In this document: positions 8,636 to 18,374 of the stretch, piece after piece | Layout: every line of letters starts with the position of its first letter | Position numbering within the stretch: the first letter of the stretch is position 1 | Origin: Patescibacteria group bacterium | GTDB lineage: Bacteria; Patescibacteriota; JABMPQ01 | Reading direction: 5' to 3' | NCBI GenBank assembly: GCA_018818965.1 | Contig: JAHJQX010000010.1 | Location: 4,579-68,578, forward strand | Length of the DNA stretch: 64,000 bases | The notes under the pieces: generated by a model | Told to the model about the DNA's origin: nothing | Database searches by the model: none | The model's input: the letters and a program-made list of their open reading frames with translations, nothing else | Program-made: the position numbers and the translations under genes

Positions 8636-9343
8636 ATGTCTGCCGCTAAAGCACAAACTACTATCAAATCCACTCCTGCTCCACCACCTCAGACTCCCAC
8701 CGAGCAACCCCCAGCTAGTAAAGGTAAGTCTAAGGGAGGCAAAATAGCTTGCAGCATCACTCTCGGTTGTTTAGTGGCGGCGTTGATTAGTGCTGTTTTG
8801 GGTTACTATATTTATCAACAAGTACAAAAGAGAGCCGAAGAGAAGCTGGAGGGAATCTCGTTTGCAGAGTTGGAGAAAAATTTAACCAATTTCCCTAGTA
8901 CAGAAGAATTAGATAAAATAGCCAAAAATGCTGCTGATGATTCAGCTAAATCGGCACAAAAATCAGGCCAAGTAGGAGAGGAATTGTCTGACGGCGAGGT
9001 GACTATCACAGTTAATTCTTCCCAGCGACAGGATAAAATAGGGGACAACACTCCGATGGCCGACTATGAATATATTGTAGTTAATGTTACTCTTAAAAAC
9101 GAACTGCAGCAGGAGATCTCTGTGTTCACCTCTAACTTTTTTCTCCGTGATGGCAACGCCAATCAATACTATGAGGCCTATCTAGAAGGAGATTCAGTTG
9201 AACAGCCGATCGCTGCCTGGCAGTACCTCTCCATCGGACAAAGTATAGTTGGTAATATAGTATTTGAAGCCAAGAAAGACGTCGGTGATCTCGATGTGAT
9301 GTATGATGGGGAGAAGGTTTTAGAATTTAAGCCAGTAAGTTAG
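8636..9343 (+). CDS. DUF4352-domain membrane-anchored protein
   Basis: 235 aa. Pro-rich N-terminus, one TM helix, and a C-terminal region (...YEYIVVNVTLKNELQQEISVFTSNFFLRDGNANQYY...) matching the DUF4352 pattern. Confidence 0.6.
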   Translation: MSAAKAQTTIKSTPAPPPQTPTEQPPASKGKSKGGKIACSITLGCLVAALISAVLGYYIYQQVQKRAEEKLEGISFAELEKNLTNFPSTEELDKIAKNAADDSAKSAQKSGQVGEELSDGEVTITVNSSQRQDKIGDNTPMADYEYIVVNVTLKNELQQEISVFTSNFFLRDGNANQYYEAYLEGDSVEQPIAAWQYLSIGQSIVGNIVFEAKKDVGDLDVMYDGEKVLEFKPVS

Positions 9344-9374
9344 TTTTTGTTATTCATATATTAATAAAACGAAC

Positions 9375-10388
9375 ATGGCTAAAAGAAAATATACTTGGCT
9401 TTGGATTTTACTGGGGGCGGTGTTAGTTGTATTGGTTTTGGGAATTACAGTTGTAGTGGGTATCGGGTATTTGGTAAATAAAAATTATGCAGTTGATGAT
9501 TATTTATCCTCTTCTGATTACGGCCTAACTAAAGGTTCATCGTCGGGGTATAGCTTGAGTGGTGCCAGTGATACTGAGTCAGCCCTAAGCGAGGAAAAAA
9601 CTTTGTCTAAATCTGCGGCTGAGCCATCCGCCTTAACTACCAGTAATTCTGCATCTTTAGACACGAGCGTTGACGAAGTTTATTCCGCTGCTAGCGATAT
9701 TTCTGAAAAGAAAGTAATTAAAACTGGCAACCTTTCCGTAACAGTAGAAAATGCGGGGGAAGCGGTTACTAAAATTACTGACGTGATAGACGACGAGGGT
9801 GGTTTTGTACAGAGCTCTAATGTCTATACTGCCTCTGATGATTCACAGTCGGCTACCGTCGTCGTAAAAGTCCCCGCCAAGGATTTTGAAAAGACAGTCA
9901 AAGATATCAAAAAACTAGTCAAAAGCGTAGAAAGTGAAAGTGTGTCGGGTCAGGATGTCACGGCCGAATATGTGGATTTGCAAGCTCAGCTGAAAAATTA
10001 TCGTGCTGAAGAGGAGCAGTACATCAAGATAATGGAGCAGGCGACTACGGTTGAAGACACCCTGAAGGTAGCAGACAAATTAGCCCGGGTACGAGGAAAT
10101 ATCGAACAGGTAGAAGGCAGGATCAAATATTTGGAAAATCAAACAGATTTTTCTACCATTACTATCTATTTGAGCGAGGAAACTAAGGTTAGTATACCCA
10201 CTAAGGAATGGAAGCCCTGGGAAAATGCCAAAGTAGCTTTTCAATATTGGGTAAAAGCTTTGCAGGGGTTAGTTGATGCCTCGGTCTGGATTATCTTGTT
10301 TGTCGGACCGGTAGTGATTGTGGCTCTGATAATAGTGTTGATCATTAGAGCAGTAATCAGAAAGAGAAAGAAAGCGAAAATAGAGTAG
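9375..10388 (+). CDS. DUF4349-domain protein with N- and C-terminal TM helices
   Basis: 337 aa. The core ...VKVPAKDFEKTVKDIKKLVKSVESESVSGQDVTAEYVDLQAQLKNYRAEEEQ...STITIYLSEE is a typical DUF4349 signature. Hydrophobic at both ends. Confidence 0.65.
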   Translation: MAKRKYTWLWILLGAVLVVLVLGITVVVGIGYLVNKNYAVDDYLSSSDYGLTKGSSSGYSLSGASDTESALSEEKTLSKSAAEPSALTTSNSASLDTSVDEVYSAASDISEKKVIKTGNLSVTVENAGEAVTKITDVIDDEGGFVQSSNVYTASDDSQSATVVVKVPAKDFEKTVKDIKKLVKSVESESVSGQDVTAEYVDLQAQLKNYRAEEEQYIKIMEQATTVEDTLKVADKLARVRGNIEQVEGRIKYLENQTDFSTITIYLSEETKVSIPTKEWKPWENAKVAFQYWVKALQGLVDASVWIILFVGPVVIVALIIVLIIRAVIRKRKKAKIE

Positions 10389-10443
10389 ATTTAAATTCTG
10401 TGAAATATCAGGAACCGCTTTTTGTAATGTAAATTTATACCAT

Positions 10444-11766
10444 ATGACCAAAGTAGAGATAAAAAAACTGTGTAAGACTCATAACGTCAACTCTGTTAGT
10501 CTTTGGTTTACCGATGTTCTGGGGATGCTCAAATCAGTCTCGGTATCAATCAAAGAGATTGATGATGTGATAGAGAATGGCAAGTTTTTTGATGGGTCAT
10601 CGATTGAAGGTTTTGCTCGGATTGAGGAATCAGATTTATTACTCCAGCCCGATTTAGATACCTTCTTAGTATTACCCTTCGAAATAGGTGATTATAAAAT
10701 TGGTCGACTAATTTGCGATGTTTATAAACCTAACAATACTTCTTTTACTAATTGTCCCCGGGGAGTTTTAAAAAGGACTCTCCAAAAATTATCTCGGCCG
10801 GGCTATAAAATGTATTGTGGTCCTGAATTAGAATATTTTTACCTTAAAGAAAATGAGGATCAGCACGATTTGATCGATAGAGGTAAATATTTTGATATGT
10901 TGGGCATTGATGAAGGAACAGTACTGCGGGAAAAGACATTATCTACTTTAGAAAGTATTGGGATTAAGTGTGAATGTACCCATCACGAAGTAGCCCCTTC
11001 CTCACACGAGATTGGCCTCAAGTATGCCGAAGCTCTCAAGATGGCTGATCAGGTGATGACTTACCGTTTTATAGTCAAGGCTGTCGCCCAACAAGCTGGT
11101 TTTCACGCCACCTTTATGCCCAAGCCAATCACTGGCATCAACGGTAGCGGTATGCATGTGCATCAATCGCTGTTTAAAGGCGCGAAAAATATATTTTATG
11201 ATAAACAAGATGAATATGGTTTGTCAGCTATCGCCAAATTTTACACAGCCGGATTATTAAAATATAGTCGAGAAATTACTTTAACCACTAACCAATGGGT
11301 TAATTCCTATAAAAGATTAGTCCCGGGCTATGAAGCTCCAACCTATATTGCTTGGGGACGAGCTAATCGTTCCGCTTTGGTTAGAATACCAGCTACCAGG
11401 CCGGGTAAGGCTAAAGCGACTAGGGTAGAATATCGTGCTCCTGATCCAGCCTGTAATCCCTATTTAGCCTTTGCGTCAATGTTAGGAGCAGGCTTACAGG
11501 GCATTAAAGAAAAACTAGTCTTAGACAAACCAGCCGAGGATGATATCTATCATCTAAGTAAAGAGGAGCTGGATGGAAGAAAGATTGGCGTTTTACCAGA
11601 TAATTTAATTGAAGCTGTCCAGGAAGCAGAAGAGAGTAAATTTTTGCAAGATTTATTAGGAGAAGGCCTACATACTAAATTGCTTGAAAATAAACATCAG
11701 GAATGGGATGAATATCGTATCCAAGTTTCTGATTACGAGAAGAAAAGATATTTGCCGATTTTGTAG
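10444..11766 (+). CDS. glnA: glutamine synthetase, type I
   Basis: 440 aa. Has the GS beta-grasp and catalytic domains (...NGSGMHVHQSLF..., the Mn/ATP-binding region, and the region equivalent to the adenylylation loop). Confidence 0.9.
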   Translation: MTKVEIKKLCKTHNVNSVSLWFTDVLGMLKSVSVSIKEIDDVIENGKFFDGSSIEGFARIEESDLLLQPDLDTFLVLPFEIGDYKIGRLICDVYKPNNTSFTNCPRGVLKRTLQKLSRPGYKMYCGPELEYFYLKENEDQHDLIDRGKYFDMLGIDEGTVLREKTLSTLESIGIKCECTHHEVAPSSHEIGLKYAEALKMADQVMTYRFIVKAVAQQAGFHATFMPKPITGINGSGMHVHQSLFKGAKNIFYDKQDEYGLSAIAKFYTAGLLKYSREITLTTNQWVNSYKRLVPGYEAPTYIAWGRANRSALVRIPATRPGKAKATRVEYRAPDPACNPYLAFASMLGAGLQGIKEKLVLDKPAEDDIYHLSKEELDGRKIGVLPDNLIEAVQEAEESKFLQDLLGEGLHTKLLENKHQEWDEYRIQVSDYEKKRYLPIL

Positions 11767-11774
11767 TTGCGCCT

Positions 11775-12977
11775 ATGTCAAAACTAGAGCTACTAGCCCC
11801 AGCGGGGGATTTACGCAAACTTAAAACAGCGTTAGCCTTTGGGGCGGACGCTGTTTATTTTGGTTTGCCGGCTTTTTCGCTACGGTCACGGCTTAATCCT
11901 TTTGATAAAGGGAAAGTCAAGGAGGCGATGGCCTATGTGCATCAACAGGGTCGCCGAGCTTATTTAACCTTTAATATCTATCCCCACAGTCGTCATCTAA
12001 AAGAGTTGCCGAAATATGTTGATTTGATCGCTGAGCTCAAGCCCGATGCGCTGATCATGTCTGATCCGGGCATTATATCTTTTGTTAAAGAAAAGTTGCC
12101 GGAAATCCCGCGCCATCTTTCTACTCAGGCCAATTGCACTAACTGGCGGGCGGCTAAATTCTGGCATGAGCAAGGGATTAAGCGGATTATCTTAGCGCGG
12201 GAGGTGATTCTAGAAGATGTCAAAGAAATCCATCAAAAGGTTCCGAAATTAGAATTAGAATATTTTGTTCACGGGGCGATGTGCATGGCTTATTCGGGGC
12301 GGTGTATCTTGAGTAAATGGCTAACCGGTCGCAGTGCTAACCTGGGTGATTGTTCGCAGCCTTGCCGTTGGAAGTATCATCTAACGGAAGAAAAGCATCC
12401 AGGCGAGTATATGCCGATAGAAGAGGATCAACATGGTACTTACATCATGAATTCTAAGGATATATGCTTGATAGAACATATTGATGAGCTGCGCCAGGCT
12501 GGTGTTTGCAGTGTAAAGATCGAAGGACGGACGAAAAGTATTTACTATGTAGCCAATATTGTCAAAGCTTATCGGCAGGCTATTGATGGTGATAGGCCGG
12601 TTAAAGAGTTACGTCAAGAATTAGATAAAATCACTAATCGAGGCTATATCCCAGGATTTTTGTTTGGTGAAGAAAAATGCGAGCATAATCTGGCTAATTC
12701 GCATAATATTGCTGATTGGCAATTTGTGGGCGAGGTAATAGAATATGATCGGAAAAAAGAGACAGCGAACATTAAAGTTCACAATGAAATTCATCAAGGT
12801 GATAAAATAGAATTCGTAGTGCCAGGGGGAGATAATTTTACGCAAAAGCTGGATAAATTTCAGGATACTGAATCGGGAGAAGAGCTAACGGAAGCACACG
12901 GAGGAGCGGGGCAGAAAATAATTGTCAACCCTAGGAACCTGGCCCCAAAATACTCAGTCTTAAGAAGAAAAATATAA
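11775..12977 (+). CDS. peptidase U32 family protein (collagenase-like)
   Basis: 400 aa. Begins MSKLELLAPAGDL..., has a Cys-rich segment (CMAYSGRC...CSQPCRW) and the U32 C-terminal beta-barrel. Confidence 0.8.
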   Translation: MSKLELLAPAGDLRKLKTALAFGADAVYFGLPAFSLRSRLNPFDKGKVKEAMAYVHQQGRRAYLTFNIYPHSRHLKELPKYVDLIAELKPDALIMSDPGIISFVKEKLPEIPRHLSTQANCTNWRAAKFWHEQGIKRIILAREVILEDVKEIHQKVPKLELEYFVHGAMCMAYSGRCILSKWLTGRSANLGDCSQPCRWKYHLTEEKHPGEYMPIEEDQHGTYIMNSKDICLIEHIDELRQAGVCSVKIEGRTKSIYYVANIVKAYRQAIDGDRPVKELRQELDKITNRGYIPGFLFGEEKCEHNLANSHNIADWQFVGEVIEYDRKKETANIKVHNEIHQGDKIEFVVPGGDNFTQKLDKFQDTESGEELTEAHGGAGQKIIVNPRNLAPKYSVLRRKI

Positions 12978-12990
12978 TTTGTGCTAATAA

Positions 12991-13027
12991 AAAAACTACC
13001 CCACATAAAACAAGGGTAGTTTTTTAT
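12991..13027. terminator. bidirectional intrinsic terminator between convergent genes
   Basis: Stem CTACCC (12996-13001) pairs with GGGTAG (13014-13019). An A-run lies 5' and TTTTTTT 3' (13020-13026). Confidence 0.6.
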
Positions 13028-13035
13028 TAGTATGC

Positions 13036-13317
13036 TTACAGTGTTTTCTCAGCGTCAGCGACGAAATTATCAACGGCTGTTTGTAATATTGATTCGTAAT
13101 CTGGCACATTACTCTTGAGGTATTCTGCTAGCTTGGGGTCGTCGTCGTTAATTTTTTCTTCTAACTCGGCGGCTTTATCATCTGGAATGCTATTTGCGAG
13201 AGCGGTAATGATATATTTCTCTAGTTTTTCTCCCAGTTTTTCCGTCAATAATTCGCTAGCAGATAATTTATCGAGTAACCCCGTGCTTTGCAAAAGTTGT
13301 TTTGTTTGAGTAAGCAT
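13036..13317 (-). CDS. small acidic hypothetical protein (93 aa)
   Basis: ORF with a start and a convergent terminator. Acidic, helical-looking sequence with no recognisable family. Confidence 0.45.
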   Translation of the reverse strand: MLTQTKQLLQSTGLLDKLSASELLTEKLGEKLEKYIITALANSIPDDKAAELEEKINDDDPKLAEYLKSNVPDYESILQTAVDNFVADAEKTL

Positions 13318-13359
13318 TTATTTTTTTATTTAGGTGTTCATTAGTTAGTTTATGGAATG

Positions 13360-14115
13360 CTATCTACTGGCTACTTTTTCTGGCTCTTCTTGATCAGCTC
13401 TTTGCGGCACAGGTTTTCCGACAGTTCTTGGTGGCTTAGGTTTTTTATCAGCAAATAAATAATCGATTTCAGACCCTGCATTTCCTTGGCGCGGTGCTCG
13501 ATGGGAAGGACCCTGGCGACGTTTTTTACCACCAGGACGTTCTAAAGGAGCAGGTGATCCCTTTAGAGCCCTACCGGCTGTCTCCATGTTTCTTCTGTCC
13601 TCTACTTCCTTCAGAGCTCGTTTGTAAAATCCCTGTAAAGAATCTGGTAGTTGTAAATTTTTATCATCGCCGGACTCAATCGCTACTTTAAGGGTGTCGA
13701 TTATTTTACGCCCGTTCATTTCCAGGATACTTCCTTTAATTTCACCTTGACCAACTTTGGGGGCTGTATCACCCTGTTGTTTAATTTTCAAGCGCTCTTT
13801 TAGTAAATCTTCTAGTTGGTAAGAAGTCACTATTTCATCACTGTCTAAAGATTCTAGATCAACTCCTGGCTTAAAAAAGCTAGCAGGAATAGGTCTATCC
13901 ACATAACTATCTAAATGTCTTCCAGTCTCCGCGCTAGCATTACCAGCCAAACTCAACAGAGTCGCTGCGAGTATGATCTCTTTTTTACCGAACAACCCAC
14001 CCCGAAGACGCTCTCTTCCGGGAGACAATTTCGGTTCCATGATTTCCAACCGAGCCTCTCTGTCGGCTCCTGCTAATTCTTCGCTCGGCACTCCTTCAGG
14101 TGATCCCTCAGTCAT
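13360..14115 (-). CDS. hypothetical exported protein, GC-rich, next to an IS element
   Basis: 251-aa ORF. Signal-anchor-like segment (EIILAATLLSLAGNASA), a low-complexity Lys/Arg/Pro-rich C-terminus and no family match. About 50% GC. Confidence 0.35.
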   Translation of the reverse strand: MTEGSPEGVPSEELAGADREARLEIMEPKLSPGRERLRGGLFGKKEIILAATLLSLAGNASAETGRHLDSYVDRPIPASFFKPGVDLESLDSDEIVTSYQLEDLLKERLKIKQQGDTAPKVGQGEIKGSILEMNGRKIIDTLKVAIESGDDKNLQLPDSLQGFYKRALKEVEDRRNMETAGRALKGSPAPLERPGGKKRRQGPSHRAPRQGNAGSEIDYLFADKKPKPPRTVGKPVPQRADQEEPEKVASR

Positions 14116-14203
14116 ATTTTTATAGTTATTTATTATCTATCTTCCCTATGCTAACATAATATAACACAAATGTCAATAGTACTATAAAGGGTATACTAAC
14201 CCT

Positions 14204-15041
14204 GTTGGAACAAGAGTAGGATAGAATGAAATATATTAATTAACTCTTGTTCTATGATTGCATTTATCAATCAGGTTCCCTCGGAAACTAAAATCAAGAA
14301 ACAATTAAGAAAGATTATCTTTGGTCAAAATATGTTTTGTCCTCACTGTAATTCTAGGCAAGTGTATCGTTGTGAGAGTAGATACAGGTGTCGTAAGTGT
14401 AGAAGACCATTCACCCTACTATCAGGTACTTGGCTGAAGGACATGAAATTATCCCTGCGTACCTTCTGGGCTTTACTCTGGTGTTGGACACAGAAGGTTC
14501 CAGTGTTACAAACTATTAAACTATGCCATGTCAGCGAGAAGACTGCTAGGCATTGGTTCAGACAGTTCAGGCTACATTTGCCTCAATTTGAGGAGATTCT
14601 AGAAGGGACAGCTCAAATGGATGAAGCCTACTTCAGAAGTCTATCTCTGATTATGGCTAAACAACAAGGTAGTAGAAAACTAGCTCATCAGATCATAACC
14701 GGGAATTCCGTAAACAAAACTGAAGCAGCAAATTTCCTTTTTCAATATGTTCAACCTAATACTAAATTACATACAGATGGAGCTGGTATATATCGTAGTA
14801 TTGATCAGTGGTGGCCAGTCAAGCACAAGAGAGATATTCATTCCAAATGGGAATTTGGATTAACCTCAGAAATTGAAGGAATGTTTGGTAATTTACGTAC
14901 TTTTATTCGCAGAATGTATCATCATGTTACTCCACAATACCTACCAGAATATGTGAGTGAATTCTGCCTCAGATTTTCCTCACCTAAAATGTTCAGTTCT
15001 CCCTTAGAATATCTTAAAAAGTCCCTTTAGCTTGTTCCAAC
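14204..15041 (+). mobile_element. IS1595-family insertion sequence (about 840 bp)
   Basis: Terminal 11-bp inverted repeats: GTTGGAACAAG at 14204-14214 and CTTGTTCCAAC at 15031-15041. The 10-bp direct repeat TACTAACCCT sits at 14194-14203 (abutting the left IR) and again at 15058-15067 (16 bp beyond the right IR). Confidence 0.5.
14254..15030 (+). CDS. IS1595-family (ISXO2-like) transposase
   Basis: 258 aa. N-terminal zinc ribbon (CPHCNS...CRKC), the ...AQMDEAYF... motif (cf. VEVDETYF) and a DDE-type catalytic region. Confidence 0.8.
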   Translation: MIAFINQVPSETKIKKQLRKIIFGQNMFCPHCNSRQVYRCESRYRCRKCRRPFTLLSGTWLKDMKLSLRTFWALLWCWTQKVPVLQTIKLCHVSEKTARHWFRQFRLHLPQFEEILEGTAQMDEAYFRSLSLIMAKQQGSRKLAHQIITGNSVNKTEAANFLFQYVQPNTKLHTDGAGIYRSIDQWWPVKHKRDIHSKWEFGLTSEIEGMFGNLRTFIRRMYHHVTPQYLPEYVSEFCLRFSSPKMFSSPLEYLKKSL

Positions 15042-15185
15042 TTGTAATGATTACCCCTACTAACCCTCTTGACATAGGCTACAACAAAGAACGTTATAAC
15101 AATTTTTAAATCTTTTCAGTATAAATAAAATGTCTAATTAGTAAAGGTCTTTTATATAGAAAGTTCTACCATCCACGCTCTTCCA

Positions 15186-15221
15186 TCAAAAAAAGGCTTA
15201 AATAAGCCTTAAAATCGTCTA
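15186..15221 (-). terminator. intrinsic terminator after tRNA-Gln
   Basis: On the minus strand: CGATTTT-AAGGCTT-attt-AAGCCTT-TTTTTTT. Confidence 0.55.
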
Positions 15222-15292
15222 CTGGGGAGGAGGGATTCGAACCCCCGATCATGGAGCCAGAGTCCATTGCCTTACCGCTTGGCTACTCCCCA
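15222..15292 (-). tRNA. tRNA-Gln (anticodon CUG)
   Basis: Minus-strand sequence UGGGGAG UA GCC AAGCGGUAA GGC A AUGGA CUCUGGC UCCAU GAUC GGGGG UUCGAAU CCCUC CUCCCCA G. Has a U1:A72 pair and a 7-nt anticodon loop with U33 and CUG at positions 34-36. Closely resembles E. coli tRNA-Gln. CCA is not encoded. Confidence 0.9.
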
Positions 15293-15338
15293 TTATAAAA
15301 CCTATTGCCCCCGGAGTATAAAAAATCGTAGCTGACTT

Positions 15339-16484
15339 TTACTTTTTGGTCAAGGTTGCACTCTTACCTCCAACCTGCCTGTCCGGCAAACAAATCCGTT
15401 TCGCCTTCAAAACTAAAATCATTCCCAAGACGAACATAAAAATAAACAACAAGGCTAACACGAGAGACTTGTATTTACCTTCAACCAACAAAGCTACCGA
15501 ACCGAATATTGCACTGACAATATAGAAAAATACAACGGCACCTCGTTGAGTAAACCCCAAATCTAGCAAACGAAAATGTAAGTGTTTGCGATCAGCTGAT
15601 TTAAAAGGTGACTGCCTAAACCACAGGCGGCGGGCAATTACCCAACCCACATCTAAGATAGGGATGCCCATGATTAGCAAAGCTGTAGCAATCTTCCCAC
15701 CGCTAATGATAGCTAACACTCCTAACATAAACCCAACCCACGTACTACCTGCTTCCCCGAGAAATATTCGAGCGGGATGAAAATTTAGCAAGAGAAATCC
15801 TAGAGCAGCCCCGGCCAAGACGATACATAACAAAGCAGTTTCTGGTTGCATCACCTGTGGAGTGAGACTGAGAAAAAATAGAACCACCGCTCCGATTACA
15901 GTGACACCAGACACTAATCCATCAAGTCCATCAAGCAATTTGGTGGTGTACACCATTCCTAATAACCACAACAGAGTAAAAATATCGGCTAGAGGAGTAA
16001 AATAATAGGGCACTCCCTGCCAATTAAGAACTTCAATATTGATAAGATCAAGTCGGAAAGCACTACCAAAGGGATTGGAAATAAAATCAATGCCAATACC
16101 AGCAGTGATAATAACTAAAGAAGCTAATACTGGCCAAATAATCAGCTTGCCGGGCGATAAGTTATATTTATCATCAAGAACACCACCAACCATTAAAATC
16201 AGTCCTCCCAAAATTATACCGGCGATATGTTTTGGCAACATGTAGCCAGTAAAATAAGAATCGTCCCAAAGTAAAAAGAAAAGCAACACTAGTGTGAAAG
16301 CCAAAAAAACAGCTACTCCACCTAGTAGTGGAATCGGCTTCCGATGTATCTTCCGTTGGCCCTCTGGCTGATCAACAATCCCCCAACGCAAAGCTAACTT
16401 TTTCGTTAACAAAGTCAACAACGCCGACAGAGAACCAGCGAGAAAAAAAAGGGTAACAAATTGAACAACATTAGTCAGCATCAA
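15339..16484 (-). CDS. polyprenyl-phosphate N-acetylhexosamine-1-phosphate transferase (WecA/TagO-like GT4 MraY superfamily)
   Basis: 381 aa, polytopic. Motifs VDQPEGQRKIHRKPIPLLGG, LLDGLDGL, IFLGEAGSTWVG and SPFKSADRKHLH align with WecA rather than MraY. Confidence 0.8.
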   Translation of the reverse strand: MMLTNVVQFVTLFFLAGSLSALLTLLTKKLALRWGIVDQPEGQRKIHRKPIPLLGGVAVFLAFTLVLLFFLLWDDSYFTGYMLPKHIAGIILGGLILMVGGVLDDKYNLSPGKLIIWPVLASLVIITAGIGIDFISNPFGSAFRLDLINIEVLNWQGVPYYFTPLADIFTLLWLLGMVYTTKLLDGLDGLVSGVTVIGAVVLFFLSLTPQVMQPETALLCIVLAGAALGFLLLNFHPARIFLGEAGSTWVGFMLGVLAIISGGKIATALLIMGIPILDVGWVIARRLWFRQSPFKSADRKHLHFRLLDLGFTQRGAVVFFYIVSAIFGSVALLVEGKYKSLVLALLFIFMFVLGMILVLKAKRICLPDRQVGGKSATLTKK

Positions 16485-17998
16485 ATTTTACGTTTTTTCT
16501 CTGTCACCCAAAATCCCATATATTTTCCTATCATCAGTCTAGTTTGCGATTCTAGGGCTGGTACCGACCCAAGTAAAATAGCAGCGATAGGAAGTAACAG
16601 CCATTGCAAGAGCATGCTAATAATCATGCTTTTCTTCTTGTGCTTTGGCCTTTCGGGAATAATTAACATATTAATAGTAGCGGAAATAAACATACCAATC
16701 ATCGCTAAAGTCATCAAAACTTGAGTAATGTAGGGTAGGCTTTGGGCTAAAACTGTTTGGGTAAAATCATCTCCGCCCACAATTAACGGTAACCAGCCTA
16801 AAGAGAATATGATAATAGCATTGGTCGCCCAGGAATGAAAACCTTCCAGCGACCAAAAACCAAACTTGATTTTTTTCCGCCAGTTGATTTTGGTATTGCC
16901 GATAAAATTAGTAAAAATATAAGGGATATCTTCAATCCCCCAGGACCAACGTCGTTGCTGTTTGTACTGATTAATGACGCTTTCTCTGTAAGTATCGGCT
17001 AACACTGTATCCATGTAAACCGGGATTAACAAGGGCTCTACTCTGTATTCGCCATTATAATGGATTAAACACTGCCAAAAAACATGGGCGTCTTCAGACA
17101 CCACATCCACATCCCAAAAGCCGATATCAACTAGTGTTTTAAAACTCATGCTGTGGCTAGAGAAGGTTACCAACTTATCCGGCTTACTCTGTTCCATCAT
17201 CATCCAAAAAGTGGTGTGCATGGCTACTACCCGCATCAGAGCGGGTGAATCCCAAATATTATTAAAGAACATCGGCACTGGTTGATAACTAGCTTGGTGT
17301 GGATTCTCGGTAGTAAGAAATTTATATGTTAAAGCTCCGAAGTATTCGGGATGGATACAAGTGTCAACGTCTAGCACCGAGACAATCACTTTTTCGTATG
17401 GTATTTTTTGCTCGTCGATCACTTTTTTGGCTTCCCGCGCTGCCCAAGTTTCGTTTGATCCCTTGCCCGCAATTTCTCCCGGAATATTAGACGGATGCAA
17501 GGTACTCAAAAAAGTTTTGAATTTGTCACCATACAGGCCACGAATTGCCGCTGCATTTTTTTCCGCCCTTGCCTGATCTCTTTCCTCACCGGCGAAAACC
17601 ACAATCATCTTCTCTAGCGGATAATTAGCTTTTATTAAAGCTTCAAAGGTGGGCCTAATGACATCCAGTTCCTCCTTATAGGTCGGTAAAATTACCAAGT
17701 GATAAATATCATCCCACCCTTTGCTAGACTGACACTTTTGTTGCCAATCCACCCGTATCACTTTTTTTAAATTACGGTAAGAGGAAACCAGATGAATTGC
17801 CGAATAAAGAGCTTTAATCAACCAGTAAATATCAAAACAAATAATAAAAACTGCTACCCAAACAGGTTTGATAAAAGATAAAGTTATACTTCCGATTAAT
17901 GTTCCCCACGACAATACCCCCGGCAATACCTCAAAAAAACGCCAACCCGGCATTTTCCTCTTCTCGTGAATACTTAACTTGTTAATACTTATATTCAT
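16481..17998 (-). CDS. family 2 glycosyltransferase, processive type (QxxRW motif)
   Basis: 505 aa. N-terminal TMs, catalytic DxD region (VLDVDTC), QQRRWSWG motif and C-terminal TM helices. Resembles cellulose/hyaluronan-synthase enzymes. Overlaps the wecA-like gene by 4 nt. Confidence 0.75.
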   Translation of the reverse strand: MNISINKLSIHEKRKMPGWRFFEVLPGVLSWGTLIGSITLSFIKPVWVAVFIICFDIYWLIKALYSAIHLVSSYRNLKKVIRVDWQQKCQSSKGWDDIYHLVILPTYKEELDVIRPTFEALIKANYPLEKMIVVFAGEERDQARAEKNAAAIRGLYGDKFKTFLSTLHPSNIPGEIAGKGSNETWAAREAKKVIDEQKIPYEKVIVSVLDVDTCIHPEYFGALTYKFLTTENPHQASYQPVPMFFNNIWDSPALMRVVAMHTTFWMMMEQSKPDKLVTFSSHSMSFKTLVDIGFWDVDVVSEDAHVFWQCLIHYNGEYRVEPLLIPVYMDTVLADTYRESVINQYKQQRRWSWGIEDIPYIFTNFIGNTKINWRKKIKFGFWSLEGFHSWATNAIIIFSLGWLPLIVGGDDFTQTVLAQSLPYITQVLMTLAMIGMFISATINMLIIPERPKHKKKSMIISMLLQWLLLPIAAILLGSVPALESQTRLMIGKYMGFWVTEKKRKI

Positions 17999-18000
17999 GT

Positions 18001-18369
18001 TTAAATTTCCTGGGTCATGGCGATACTGGCAGCTAGTAATAATAATTGAACTAAAATATTACTTAAGTTCAAAAGATAGGCTATAAATTTTTCTCGTCGG
18101 AAGAAAGATATACTAGTAATTAAATTAATAAGCAAAAGAAACAGGCCAAAGGCGGGAATAATAAACACTTTGTACCATAAATCAACAATATCTATCCCAT
18201 TATAGATATTATAATGCAACGGGATGGGATAGACACTGGGCTTAATTCTTAGAACCAGTACCATCCAAACCGCAAAATTGGTCAAGACACCAAAAATTAC
18301 CAAAACTAGAAAAAATTTGTCTCGTCGGATATTTGCTTGCTTGGCCTTTTGGATAATTTTACCTAACAT
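18001..18369 (-). CDS. small polytopic membrane protein (122 aa), hypothetical
   Basis: ORF packed between ftsQ and the GT2 gene with gaps of 5 nt and 2 nt. Three predicted TM helices. Confidence 0.5.
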   Translation of the reverse strand: MLGKIIQKAKQANIRRDKFFLVLVIFGVLTNFAVWMVLVLRIKPSVYPIPLHYNIYNGIDIVDLWYKVFIIPAFGLFLLLINLITSISFFRREKFIAYLLNLSNILVQLLLLAASIAMTQEI

Positions 18370-18374
18370 AATAA

